DNA of 45,554 nucleotides from assembly GCF_004010195.1 (NCBI RefSeq), contig NC_057752.1, positions 3,539,065 through 3,584,618 of the forward strand. Direction: 5' to 3'. This DNA is from Chiloscyllium plagiosum (lineage: Eukaryota). Positions 1-10,605 of the stretch are shown here, piece by piece (positions within the stretch are counted from its first letter, which is position 1; each line of letters begins with the position of its first letter). Made by a program: the position numbers and the translations under genes. The notes below the pieces were generated by a model. It worked only from the letters and a program-made list of their open reading frames with translations. It ran no database searches and was not told the origin of the DNA.

Positions 1-170
1 GCAGGAAAATCGACGTTTTGGGCAAACGCCCTCCCTGCTTCATTCCTGATGAAGGGCTTTTGCCCGAAACGTTGAGTTTCCTGCTCCTCGGATGCTGCCT
101 GACGTGCTGTGCTTTTCCAGCACCACTCTAACCTTGACTCTGATTTCCAGCATCTGCAGTACCCACTTCC
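1..170 (+). mobile_element. Penelope-derived fold-back mini-element, HHR family 1 (cut by window start)
   Basis: Left arm 1-31 is the approximate reverse complement of ~53-84. The downstream tail cctgctcctcggatgctgcctga...ccagcatctgcagt recurs at 2190, 4890, 11920 and 19125. Confidence 0.8.
42..77 (+). ncRNA. Minimal type I hammerhead ribozyme motif
   Basis: ATTC-CTGATGA-A-GGGC-TTTT-GCCC-GAAA-CG-TT-GAGT: intact core, 4-bp stem II, palindromic ACGT in place of stem III, stem I ATTC/GAGT with one wobble. Confidence 0.75.
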
Positions 171-755
171 AGCTATTGGAGTCGACAGGTCAAGTCTCCA
201 GCACAAGTTCGAGCTTTGGGTGTAGAACTGCTGAAAAAGAGTCAAGGTCCCCATTCCAACATTAGCAATAAACGCCGCCATTACCAGGCCCACAGGCATA
301 TCCTGCATTAAAACCTCACAACAAATTGCCATACAAGTTGCAATTATCTGTTAAGTCAGAAAGATTCTGACGCAGATGGTTCCCATTTCATCCAGCTCAG
401 GCAGAAATGCCAATCTACTGTCTGCGATAAAGCAATCAAAAGTGAGTGCAAGACACTGAGTGCAGTCTGGTGTTCTTAATGATGCTTTCTCCACATTCCT
501 CATTGTCCTCTTCAGAAGATATTTGTCTCATTTCATTCCCCTGTTCTCCCGGAACTCTTGCGAGGGAACAGTCTGACAGGCACTGCAAGTGTCCCAATAT
601 TCCAACCACCCACTCCTGAGGTGCAGCCTGAGGTTTAACTCATTCTCACCGACTATCCGCACGCCGTTTCCTGCAGCAACCACAGGGTGGCTAACACTGG
701 CACACAGCTTGGCTGAGCAGTTATCACAACCGGGCTGAATGAAGCCAGCTCTCAT

Positions 756-1430
756 CTGAAGCAGCACTTTACCTGCACTTCCCACAATCTGGTCTACTGC
801 ATTTGCTGCTCACAACGTGGTCTCCTCTACATTGGGGAAATGAAGCATAGACTGGGTGACTGCTCCACAGAACGTATGTTCGTAAAAAAGACCCTGAGCC
901 TCCAGTTGCCTGTCACTTGAACACCCCACCCTGTTCCCTGGTCAACATCTCTGTCTCAGGCTTCCTGCAGTGTTCCGGTGAAGCTCAGAGCAAGCTGGAA
1001 GAACAGCATCTCATTTTCTACTTGGGAACTCTACAGCCTTCTGGGGTCAATAGTGAGTTCAACTTTAGGGTTTGAGCTCTCCCATGACCCCTACCCCAAC
1101 TCCCACACACCAGGCTTTGTTATCACACAGTCTGCCATTACACCCAACCCATCGTTAGCCACTGACAGTCCCCATTAACAGTGCCCAGCCTGATCATTAT
1201 CAACTCCCTTGTCTGACCAACTGTTCTGCCCTTGCTTTGGGCTCTATCCCCTCCTCTCATTTGCTCCTTACCCCCTTCCCCCAACCCTAACTTCTGTACA
1301 TAAACTGACATTTTCCTCGCTACCATCAGTTCTGAGGAAGGGTCACTCAACCCGAAATGTTAACTCTGACTTCACTCCACAGAGGCTGCCCAGACCTGCT
1401 GAGCTTTTCCAGCAACTTCTGTTTTTGTAA
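756..1430 (+). mobile_element. Penelope-like element 3' remnant: GIY-YIG endonuclease pseudo-ORF (756-1075), 3' UTR and HHR (1328-1365)
   Basis: Hand translation from 756: LKQHFTCTSHNLVYCICCSQRGLLYIGEMKHRLGD; after a frameshift ...PVACHLN...KLEEQHLIFYLGTLQPSGVNSEFNFRV*. This is a typical PLE GIY-YIG domain, not represented in the ORF track. Confidence 0.9.
1328..1365 (+). ncRNA. Hammerhead ribozyme motif, family 3 (slightly degenerate)
   Basis: AGTT-CTGAGGA-A-GGGTC-ACTC-AACCC-GAAA-TG-TT-AACT; one stem II mismatch and a probable CpG decay in stem III. Confidence 0.7.
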
Positions 1431-1824
1431 CTGATTATCTGGGCTCTCTGCCAACCCCAAGGGGGAAAGCGCTTGCATTTCAGTTCCTGGTCCTGTTCTC
1501 TTATGACCTTCCCCAAAGCTCAAAGGTAGTGGGATAAAATACTTCACTTGATTGTGAGTTCACCTTTAATGTGTCAAACAGATTTATTAGCCAATGACCA
1601 GAAACTAAAGTACAGCGGTCAATTTCCAATGAATCCGGACTCCACCAAGCCCTACTTGAAAGGTACAATCCCATCATAGCGCTGACTGCAAGGCAAACAC
1701 AAGACCGTTCGATATTAACCTTCATCAGGCTGTTTCTTGTTGGCATCTGCAGAAACTCTCCAGTCTCCCCTCTGTCTGATGCTTTCAGACAGCTAACCGA
1801 ATCTGGCTGAGAATCTGGCTGAGT

Positions 1825-2128
1825 GGGCGGCACAGTGGTTAGCACTGCTGCCTCACAGCGCTAGAGACCCGGGTTCAATTCCCACCTCAGGCGACTGACT
1901 GTGTGGAGTTTGCACGTTCTCCCCGTGTCTGCGTGGGTTTCCTCCAGGTGCTCCGGTTTCCTCCCACAGTCCAAAGATGTGCAGGTTAGGTGAATTCGCC
2001 ACGCTAAATTGTCCGTAGTGTTAGGTAAGGGGTAAATGTAGGGGTATGGGTGGGTTGCGCTTCGGCGGGGCAGTGTGGACTTGTTGGGCCGAAGGGCCTG
2101 TTTCCACACTGTAAGTAATCTAATCTAA
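1825..2128 (+). mobile_element. HE1-type V-SINE
   Basis: tRNA-like head (ggcacagtggttagc...ggttcaattcc), V-domain tgtgtggagtttgcacgttctccccgtgtctgcgtgggtttcctcc, (TAATC)n tail. Confidence 0.92.
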
Positions 2129-2156
2129 TTGACAATATCACCAGGACAAAGCAAAC

Positions 2157-2281
2157 GTCATGATTCGGCTTTTGTCCGAAACGTCGATTCTCCTGCTCCT
2201 CGGATGCTGCCTGACCTGTGAGTTTCCAGCGCCACTCTAATCTCGACTCTAATCTCCAGCATCTGCAGTCCTCACTTTCGC
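2157..2281 (+). mobile_element. Penelope-derived mini-element, family 1, with 10-bp TSD
   Basis: caaagcaaac at 2147-2156 and 2282-2291. Starts within a degraded HHR core (ggcttttgtccgaaacgtc). Confidence 0.8.
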
Positions 2282-2509
2282 CAAAGCAAACAAAACCTGC
2301 TGCTCCAAATCCAGAGAGACAAATCACCATTCGGAAGAAATGCCTTATTGAACTAAAGCTGTCCCCTCTGCTTCTCTCTCTATCGTCGCTGCTAGGTTTC
2401 TCCAGCCCTCCCTGTTTTTATTTCATATTTCTATCATCTGCATTATTTTGCTTTTTCTTTGAAGAGAGGTGGTCCTTGTTTGGACAATGTGTGGAAGGGG
2501 TGTGCTGTC

Positions 2510-3035
2510 AGTGCAGTTCAGAAACAACCCTACCGGAGAGATGTTGTGAAACGTGAAAGGGTTCAGAAAAGATTTACAAGGATGTTGCCAGGGTTGGAGG
2601 GTTTGAGCTCCAGGGAGAGGCTGAATAGGCTGGGGCTGTCTTCCCTGGAGCGTGGGAGGCTGAGGGGTGACCTTATAGAGGTTTATAAAATCGTGAGGGG
2701 CATGGATAGGATAAATAGACAAGGCTATTTTCCATGGGGTGGGGGAGTCCAGAACTAGAGGGCATAGGTTTAGGGTGAGAGGGGAAAGATATAAAAGAGA
2801 CCTACGGGGCAACCTTTTCATGCAGAGGGTGGTACGTGTATGGAATGAGCTGCCAGAGGAAGTGGTGGAGGCTGGTACAGTTGCAACATTTAAGAGGCAT
2901 TTGGATGGGTATCTGAATAGGAAGGGTTTGGAGGGAGATGGGCCAAGTGTTGGCAAATGGGGCTAGATTAGGTTGGGATATTTGGTCGGCATGGACGGGT
3001 TGGACCGAAGGGTCTGTTTCCATGCTGTACAACTA
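2510..3035 (+). mobile_element. CR1/HER1 LINE 3' fragment
   Basis: ERVQKRFTRMLPGLE...RLRGDLIEVYKI...RVVRVWNELPEEVVEA plus 3' UTR. Confidence 0.93.
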
Positions 3036-3045
3036 TAATTTGTGA

Positions 3046-3356
3046 GGCTGGCACGGTGGCTCAGTGGTTAGCATTGCTGCCTCACAGCGCCAGGGACCCA
3101 GGTTCAATTCTATCCTCGGAAGTTGGAGTTTACACATGCTCCCTGTGTCTGAGTTTCCTCCAGGTGCTCTGGTTTCCTCCCACAGACAAAAGATGTGCAG
3201 GTTCGGGTGGATTGGCCATGCTGACTTACCCATCGTGTTCAGGGATGTGTAGGCTAGGTGGATTAGCCATGGGAAAATGCAGGGGTCTGAGGATAATAGG
3301 GTTGGTGTGGGCTCAATGGGCTGAATGGCCTGCTTCCACACTGTAGGGATTCTATG
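3046..3356 (+). mobile_element. HE1-type V-SINE
   Basis: tRNA head, V-domain and ttccacactgtagggattctatga tail. Confidence 0.88.
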
Positions 3357-3399
3357 AATGCATGTGTCTGTCAAAAATCATTTGGAAAGCCCATGTGTC

Positions 3400-3790
3400 C
3401 TGAGACAGTGAGAGGGGAGGAAAAGAAAACAAGACCTGTGGGAGGGAAACAGAGGAAAACCACCAAGCTAAGGGGGGCAGGAAAGGGAGAGAGTGAAACA
3501 CAAACTGAGGGAGGGAGAGGAAAATACAAATGAAAACAAATGCATAGAGAAAGAAGCACAAAGTGAGGGAGAGAGGAAACGAGAGAGACACAAACTAAAG
3601 TGAGAGACACAAATCGGGGAGAGTGGGAATAACAAATTTGTGCAGGAAAAGAGAGAGGGAGAGACAGAGGGAGAACGCACAGAGTGCATAAGGGGAAGAG
3701 AAGCAGATACCAGGGAGGGAGAGGCCAACACACGATGCAGAGAAGATGAAAGAGATGTGAACTGGGGAGGAAAGGAGGCAGCCATGCCAA
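3400..3790. repeat. GA-rich low-complexity tract
   Basis: Strongly purine-biased plus strand; explains the spurious F/L/S/P-rich minus-strand ORFs. Confidence 0.7.
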
Positions 3791-3857
3791 GGGGAGAGTC
3801 CATACCAGTTGGATATGGATTGTTGGGAAATGTATTTAGCCCAGGAATCTGACAGTC

Positions 3858-4030
3858 GTAGAACATAGAAAATTCCATCGCAGTACAGGCCCTTCGGCCC
3901 TCGATGTTGCGCCGACCTGTGGAACCAATCTGAAGCCCATCTAACCTACACTATTCCATTTTCATCCATATGCCAGTCCAATGACCATTTAAATGCCCTT
4001 AACGTTGGCGAGTCTACTACTGTTGCAGTC
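3858..4030 (-). mobile_element. CR1 3' UTR fragment
   Basis: Matches the CR1 tail at 19012-19330 (gcagtacaggcccttcggcc...catttaaatgccctta). Confidence 0.75.
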
Positions 4031-4576
4031 CTTGTGTTTTTCATTAATGAGAATCAGGATTTCAGTGGTGGGAACAAGGTGATGAATTAAATTGGGTCAG
4101 GCTTCACTTCCATTGACTGTTTTCTTGTTATAAGAAGCAATCCAATTGCATGAAACCTTTGATTCCCAATTTACTCTTATCAAAATGACTTTTGTTGAGT
4201 TTCGGAGTGTTTACTTAGTCCTTTCCATAATGCCTCAAACGGAATTCATATTTCAACATGATTGGTCCTTCAACATTTTGGGTTCTTCCTTTGCTTTATA
4301 AACTGTTATTTCTCCAATTACAAAACTCCAAGTCAATATATTTTATAAATATATTGATGTTATAAATTCTCCAGTCCATTGTTCGGAAACTCCGGTTTTC
4401 GGGATTTGTTGAAGAGACTCACAGCATTATTTTCATTGAGGATGGAAATGAGGAATATGCAGTATTTGAATAATTAAAACCATTTTCATTCCTGTTTTAT
4501 TTGGACTTACCACTGTTTTATGCTTCAGGTGAATATGCATATTTCTGATGTATCCAAGACTGACTGGATCCAAGGA

Positions 4577-4781
4577 TTTGGAGATGCCGGTGTTGGACTG
4601 GGGTGGACAAAGTTACAAATCACACAACACCAGGTTATAGTCCAACAGGTTTAATTGGAAGCACACTCGCTTTCGGAGCGACGCTCCTTCATCAGGTGGT
4701 TGTGATGAAGCAGCAGCGCTCCGAAAGTTAGTGCTTCCAATTAAACCTGTTGGACTATAACCTGGTGTTGTGTGATTTGTA
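4577..4781. mobile_element. Fold-back mini-element, HHR family 2, with 14-bp TSD
   Basis: Inverted arms (gttacaaatcacacaacaccaggttatagtccaacaggtttaattggaagcac and its reverse complement) meeting at two HHR motifs near 4700. TSD actggatccaagga at 4563-4576 and 4782-4795. Confidence 0.85.
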
Positions 4782-4795
4782 ACTGGATCCAAGGA

Positions 4796-4950
4796 GAAGG
4801 TGAGGACTGCAGATGCTGGAGATCAGAGGCAGAAAGTGTGGCGCTGGAAAAGCACAGTCTACGCACGTTTTGGGAATCATCGATTCTCCTGCTCCTGGGA
4901 TGCTGCCTGACCTGCTGGGTGTTTTCCAGCAACACACTTTTGGACTCTGA
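4796..4950. mobile_element. Fold-back mini-element, family 1 (HHR core deleted)
   Basis: gaggactgcagatgctggagatc...ctggaaaagcacag, then the inverted arm cgattctcctgctcct...ttttccagcaacacact. Confidence 0.8.
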
Positions 4951-5257
4951 CTGGGTCCTAAGCAATCTTACATCATAAGGCAATGGGTAAATGCAACAAC
5001 ATTTGCAAAAAAAAAAGAGACAAAATCGGGCAGGTAGGTATCTTGAAATTATGCATCACAGGAGCAATATCATGTGATTGAATGCCATGTAACCAAATGG
5101 CACATGAACAAATCTCCAAAAATACGCCAAACCAGAGTTGGCAATCCTACTCTGCAAATCACGTACCATCCCGACTTGGGCAAATCGCCTCACTTCTTTA
5201 TCACCGCTTCCTAACTGTGGGAGTTCTGTAGTGATTGAAGAGGTAATTGGTGGATAT

Positions 5258-5640
5258 TACAGAGTCCTACAGCACAGAAACAGACCCTTCAGTTCAACTT
5301 ATCCATGCCGACCAGATATCCTAATCTGGGTCCCATTTGCCAGCACCCGGCCCATATCCCTCTAAACCCTTCCTATTCATATACCCATCCAGATGCCTTG
5401 TTAATGTTGTCATTGTACCAGCCTCCACCACTTCCTCTGGCAGCTCATTCCATACACGTACCACCCTCTGCGTGAAAAGGTTGCCCCTTAGGTCCCTTTT
5501 AAATTTTTCCCCTCTCACCTTAAACTTATGCCCTCTAGTTCTGGACTCCCCAACCCCAGGGAAAAGACCTTGCCTATTTACCCTATCCATGCCCCTCATG
5601 ATTTTATAAACCCCTAGAAGGTCACCCCTCAGCCTCTGAC
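5258..5640 (-). mobile_element. CR1/HER1 LINE 3' fragment
   Basis: ORF 5321-5644: RLRGDLLGVYKIMRG...VWNELPEEVVEAG. Confidence 0.92.
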
Positions 5641-6134
5641 ACATGGTTACATGGGAAAACCCAGGGAGGCAGAGAGAAGGGCTCTTAAACTAGGGTTATT
5701 TGACCCTGAGATGCTTCAATGCAAGGGAAATGGGAGGATAGAACTGGAGCAGGGGCGATGGAGGTTACAAGTGAGGATATCTGCATTGCCGCTGGGGGGA
5801 ACTCCTTTTTGATTAGACTACCTACAGTATGGAAACAGGCCCTTCGGCCCAACATTCTGTTATGTCATTCAATGCAAACTGAGTTTTATTCATTGATTTT
5901 TGTGAAGAAAGGGTATTAAAGAATGAAGGGTAAAGATGGGTTCACGTTATCGATCAGTCACTGGATGGGGTGGAACAACCTCAAGATTCCAAACCACCTT
6001 CTATGCAGTTAGAGGGCAGGGTATTGGTTTCAAAATGTTGCTGCGGAATTGAGTTGAAATCACTGTTCACTGCCGGATGTGCCCCTTTCGTGATATCTCA
6101 GTTTAGTCCAGGTGGGTTCTTGCTGGTCAGTGTT

Positions 6135-6300
6135 CATAGAATTCATCATAAAATCCTGACTTAGGCGATCCAGCCCATCGAGTCCACACAGGCCCTCCAA
6201 ACAGCATCCCACCCAAACCAGCCCCATCCTTGTAACCCTGCATTTCTCATGGCTAACTCATCTATCCCTGGACACTATGGACAATCAACCTCATCTGCAC
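6135..6300 (-). mobile_element. HE1 SINE 3' fragment
   Basis: Reverse complement of the HE1 3' body seen at 3230-3356. Confidence 0.7.
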
Positions 6301-6301
6301 A

Positions 6302-6590
6302 TAGAATCATAGGGTCATAGAGACGCACTGCATGGAAATAGACCCTTCGGTCCAACTCATCCATGCCGACCAGATATCCCAACCTAATCTAGTCCCCTTT
6401 GCCAGCATTTGGCCCATATCCCTCCAAACCCTTCCTATTCATGTCCCCATTCAGATGCCTTTTAAATGCTGTAATTGTACCAGCCTCCACCACTTCCTCT
6501 GGCAGCTCATTCCATGCACGTACCACCCTCTGTGTGAAAAAGTTGCCCCTTAGGTCTTTTTTATATCCTTCCCCTCTCAGCCTAAACGCA
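6302..6590 (-). mobile_element. CR1/HER1 3' fragment
   Basis: Near identity to 5258-5530 and 42198-42480. Confidence 0.9.
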
Positions 6591-6592
6591 TG

Positions 6593-6696
6593 CTCAGCAG
6601 GTCTGGGCAGCCAGTTGTGGAGAGAAATCAGAGTTAACGCTTCAGGTTGAGTGACCCTGCCTCAGAACTGCCTTTTTAGCAATTTCTGTTTCTGAT
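6593..6696 (-). mobile_element. Penelope tail mini-fragment, family 3, with degenerate HHR
   Basis: Reverse complement reads cagttctgaggcagggtcactcaacctgaagcgttaactctgatttctctccaca, matching 1327-1405; followed by a short inverted tail piece. Confidence 0.7.
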
Positions 6697-7043
6697 CAAC
6701 AACTTAATGCTGCAAAATAATCGACACTCATCAGGAGCTTTCCCTCATCCAAATGAACTGTGAAAACAGAGGGCTTTTTCCTTCAGTATTTGCTGAAGTG
6801 CAATTATCCCTTGAAATTTCATTCCCTATCCGGAATCCTCATCAACTGAAGTAACTGTCCGATACGCAGTAATCAATAACTCCCGATATATTACCCATGA
6901 CTGTGCACAAAGCTGTCAAAATGCAGATTAGAGATTCAGGAGGCATTTCATGCACTCCTTGAATTGAAGCTTTCTGGAAACAAAAGTGATTTTGCAACTG
7001 AGTGGGTTTCCCCGCTCAGGAAGAACACAGTGCCTCCTGGTCG

Positions 7044-8168
7044 CAGTATTGAGGGAGTGTTGCACACTGTCTTTTGGATGGGATGTTAAACCATGACCCT
7101 TTCTGCCTCTTTGAGTAAATGTAGCAGATTCCATGACACTATTAGAAAAGAAGATGGAGTTTAATCTAGATGAATGTGAGGTGCTACACTTTGGTAGGGC
7201 AAACCAGGATGGGACTTATACACTTAATGATAAGGTCTTAGGGAGTGTTGCTGAACAAAGAGACCTTGGAGTGCAGGTTCATAGCTCCTTGAAAGTGGAG
7301 TCGCAGGTAGATAGGATAGTGAAGAAGGCATTTGGTATGCTTTCCTTTATTGGTCAGAGTATTGAGTACAGGAGTTGGGAGGTCATGTTGCAGCTGTGCA
7401 GGATATTAGTTAGGCCACTGTTGGAATATTGCATTCAATTCCAGTCTCCCAGCCATAGGAAAGCTGTGAAACTTGAAAGGGTTCAGAAAAGATTTACAAG
7501 GAGGTTGCCAGGGCTGGAGGATTTGACCTGTAGGAGGAAGTTGAGGCTATTTTCCTTGGAGGGTCGGAGGCTGAGGGGGGACTTTATAGAGGTTTATAAA
7601 ATCATGAGGGGCATGGAAAGGGTGAATAGCCATGGCCTTTTCCCCAGAGTAGGGGATAGGTTTATGGTGAGAGGGGAAAGATTTAAAAGGGACCTAAGGG
7701 GCAACTTTTTCACTCAGAGGGTGGTGCGTGTATGGAATGAGCTGCCAGAGGAAGTGGTGGAGGCTGGTACAATGACAACATTTCAAAGGTACCTGGATGT
7801 GTACATGAATGGGAAGGGTTTAGAGGGATATGGGCCAAATGCTGGCAAATGGGCCTAGATTAGGTTTGGATATCTGGTCAGCATGGACGAGTTGGATCGA
7901 AGGGTCTGATTCCATGCTGTACATCTTGATGACTCTATAAGAGAGGTTCTCCACAGTATTCTGGCCAATATTTATCCTTCAACCAACATTAACTAAAATA
8001 GATCATCTGATCACAATCATCATGATCTATTCTTGTCTGTGGGGACTGGCAGTGCCTGAATTGGTTGCTTTACTCCCTACATCACAACTTTAAAAAGGAC
8101 CCAGTCAAGCACTTTGGGTTATCCTGGGTTTGGGGAAGGCACTTTAATAAATGTGTGTGTCATTCTTT
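7044..8168 (+). mobile_element. DeuSINE (SacSINE1/AmnSINE1-like) split by a CR1 insertion
   Basis: Deu-domain cagtattgagggagtgttgcac...gatgttaaacc...gattccatgacactatt (7044-7151) resumes at ~7939 with ggccaatatttatccttcaaccaacat...aagcactttggg...aaggcact. Confidence 0.75.
7152..7938 (+). mobile_element. CR1/HER1 LINE, 5'-truncated RT C-terminus
   Basis: ORF 7133-7858: MEFNLDECEVLHFG...QRDLGVQVH...VRPLLEYC... Confidence 0.95.
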
Positions 8169-8204
8169 CATCTGTGTCAATCCATTAAGATCCAGGAACA
8201 GTAA

Positions 8205-8596
8205 TTCAGATCCCTCAAAGTGGATTGGATGAATGTGAACAAAATATAGTCGAATAGTGTAAGCAGGCTTCCGAGGTAAGTGGCCAAAATTGTCCCTGAA
8301 AGTGGCCACACAAGTAGATAGGGTGGTCAAGATGGCATTATGGGCATGCTTGTCTTTATTGGTCAGGGCACTGAGTACAAGAGTCCGGGTGCCATGTTGC
8401 AGCTTTACAAAACTTTGGTTAGGCCGCACTAGAGTACTGCATTCAATTCTGATCACTGCATGACAGGAAGGATGTAGAGGCTTTGGAGAGGGTACAGAAG
8501 AGGTTTACCAGGATGCTGCCTGGATTAGAGGGTATGGGCTACAAGGGGAGGCTAGAAAAACACTTGGGGCTGAAGGGCCCATTCCTGTGCTGTACC
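8205..8596 (+). mobile_element. CR1 LINE fragment, internally deleted
   Basis: tccctgaaagtggccacacaagtagatagggtgg...gttaggccgcactagagtactgc...ttggagagggtacagaagaggtttaccagg. Confidence 0.85.
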
Positions 8597-8814
8597 GTAG
8601 AGGAATATTCACTTGAGTAAGACACGGTATTGGGAAGGGTTCAGCACTTTTGGAGCAGAAATACAGAGAATTGACAAACATTTTTTAAAAAGTACAAAAC
8701 CGGTTGTAAACTGGAATTGAAGCTCAGAGTTTCAATTTAATCCCTTTTCAGCCAAAACCATCCACCTCCCTCCTGCCCCCCAGGGGGGGGGGGGGTGAGG
8801 AGAAGTGAACCACT

Positions 8815-9075
8815 TCAGCTCTACAGAGTCGAGAGAGAAGTCTGATCGAAGGGTTGGAGGGGCTTCAGACAACTGTATAAAATACTGAACGGTGGAGATA
8901 ATTGCACCCTGAACAATATTTCAAGGCAAGACAGGAAGTTGCAGGATCGGACGTGCATTTAAATTGGCGAGAAACAGCTTTTAAATAAGTCATCAGAAAG
9001 AGTGTGTTCATTCGAAGTGTGATAAATGTTTCAACTGATCTCTCAACGGAGGCTGAACCATCGGCAGCTGGATAC
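8815..9075 (+). mobile_element. Ancient degraded CR1 3' remnant
   Basis: ctgtataaaatactgaacgg (LYKILNG) and downstream spacing resemble the CR1 C-terminus. Confidence 0.45.
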
Positions 9076-9442
9076 CGTGCGGGCAAGTTCGGAGTCCAAC
9101 AGGAGGGAGTGTCCTTGTCACATCCTGGACATTTCTCATGAATAGTGAAAGGCGCCTCATTGTGCATTTTAGTTACAATCTGGTGCAGAGTTTGAGAGAA
9201 AATTGATGGCACGTTTGCCGAATGCCATTCTCAAACAACATTCCAGCTTCAAAACAAAGCATTCGAAATAAAAAGGCCCAGTATGGATTCAGAATAGGGC
9301 AACGTTTCAGAGATGGCATTTGAGTTCTGGATAAAGGTCGATGCATTTAATAAGAAATAAGAAAGTATTCAATTCGCAAGATAACGTGCTTCTATCGCCT
9401 TTGTGTAATTAACTCTGCTGCTCTCCCATAAAAAAAGTGACA

Positions 9443-9729
9443 GGGTAACAGGGTGGCTCAGTGGTTAGCACTGCTGGCTCACAGCGCCAGAGACCCAGGT
9501 TCGATTCCAGCCTTGGTTGATTGGCTGTGTGGGGTTTGCACGTTCTCCCTGTACCTGTGTGGGTTTGCTCTGGGTGCTCTAGTTTCCTCCCACAATCCAA
9601 AGGTGTACAGGTTAGGGTGGATTGGCCATGAGAAATGCAGGAGTATAGAATAGGGTGGGTCTGGATGGGATGCTCTTTGGAGGGTTGGAGTGGACTCAAT
9701 GGGCTGAATGGCCTCCTTCCACACTGTAA
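9443..9729 (+). mobile_element. HE1-type V-SINE
   Basis: tRNA head, V-domain and tail. Confidence 0.88.
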
Positions 9730-9999
9730 TCAGAGGAATAGATAGAGTAGACAGTCAGAAACTTTTTCCCCGGATGCAACAGAGTGTTACAAGGAAAGTA
9801 TAGGGGGTGTCAGGTGTGAGTGGTGGGGGCATGGAATGCGCTGCCTGTGGGAGTGGTAGAGTCAGAATCTTTGGTGACCTTTAAGCGGCAATTGGATAGG
9901 TACATGGATAGGTGCTTAAGCTAGGACAAATGTTCGGCACAACATCGTGGGCCGAAGGGCCTGTTCTGTGCTGTATTGTTCTATGTTCTATGTTCTATG
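9730..9999 (+). mobile_element. CR1 3' fragment with (TTCTATG)n tail
   Basis: agaggaatagatagagtagacagtcag...tggaatgcgctgcc...ttctatgttctatgttctatg. Confidence 0.8.
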
Positions 10000-10163
10000 T
10001 AAGGTTTCCAGGTGAAATTTGTCGAAGGTGTCCTGAGGCAGTTGTTTGTTTTGTTTTCAAAACACCACACACGCGAAAATCTGATGGTGAAGTTGTCGTG
10101 AGTGTACACGAATCCAGGTACTAGCTGTTGGTGGCTTCCAGCTATTGGGAAAGTAAAAGAGGG

Positions 10164-10256
10164 GGAAATCACTGCCCCCCCACCCTGACATTCTCACAGG
10201 AAATCACTGCCCCCTCCCCCCCCACCCCAACCTGATATTCTCACAGGAAATCACTG
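10164..10256. repeat. Short tandem duplication
   Basis: ggaaatcactg at 10164, 10199 and 10246, with cctga(c/t)attctcaca repeated. Confidence 0.75.
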
Positions 10257-10290
10257 GACAGTGATCAAGAACAGGACCCTGGATTCATTT

Positions 10291-10605
10291 GGGTGGCATG
10301 GTGGCTCAGTGGTTGGCAGTGCTGCCTCACAGTGCTAGGATGCGGGTTCGATCCGAGCCTCAGGTGACTGTCTGTGTGGAGTTTGCACATTCTCCCAGTG
10401 TCTGTGCAGGTTTCCTCCTACAGTCCAAAGATGTGCAGAATAGGTCGAACTGGCCATGCTAAATTACCCACAGTGTTCAGGGATGTGTAAGTTAAGTGCA
10501 TTAGTCAGGGATAAACTTTGGATAATAGGGTAGGGGGGTGGGTCACTCTTTGGAGGGTCGGTGTGAACTTGTTGGGCCTGTTTCCACACTGTTGGGATTC
10601 TATGA
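10291..10605 (+). mobile_element. HE1-type V-SINE
   Basis: tRNA head, V-domain and tail. Confidence 0.88.

Noticed and set aside
3352..3878. Hydrophobic membrane-protein-like ORFs
   Set aside because: Translation of a GA-rich low-complexity tract.
8865..9212. 115-aa minus-strand ORF
   Set aside because: No recognisable domain; largely antisense to a decayed CR1 remnant.
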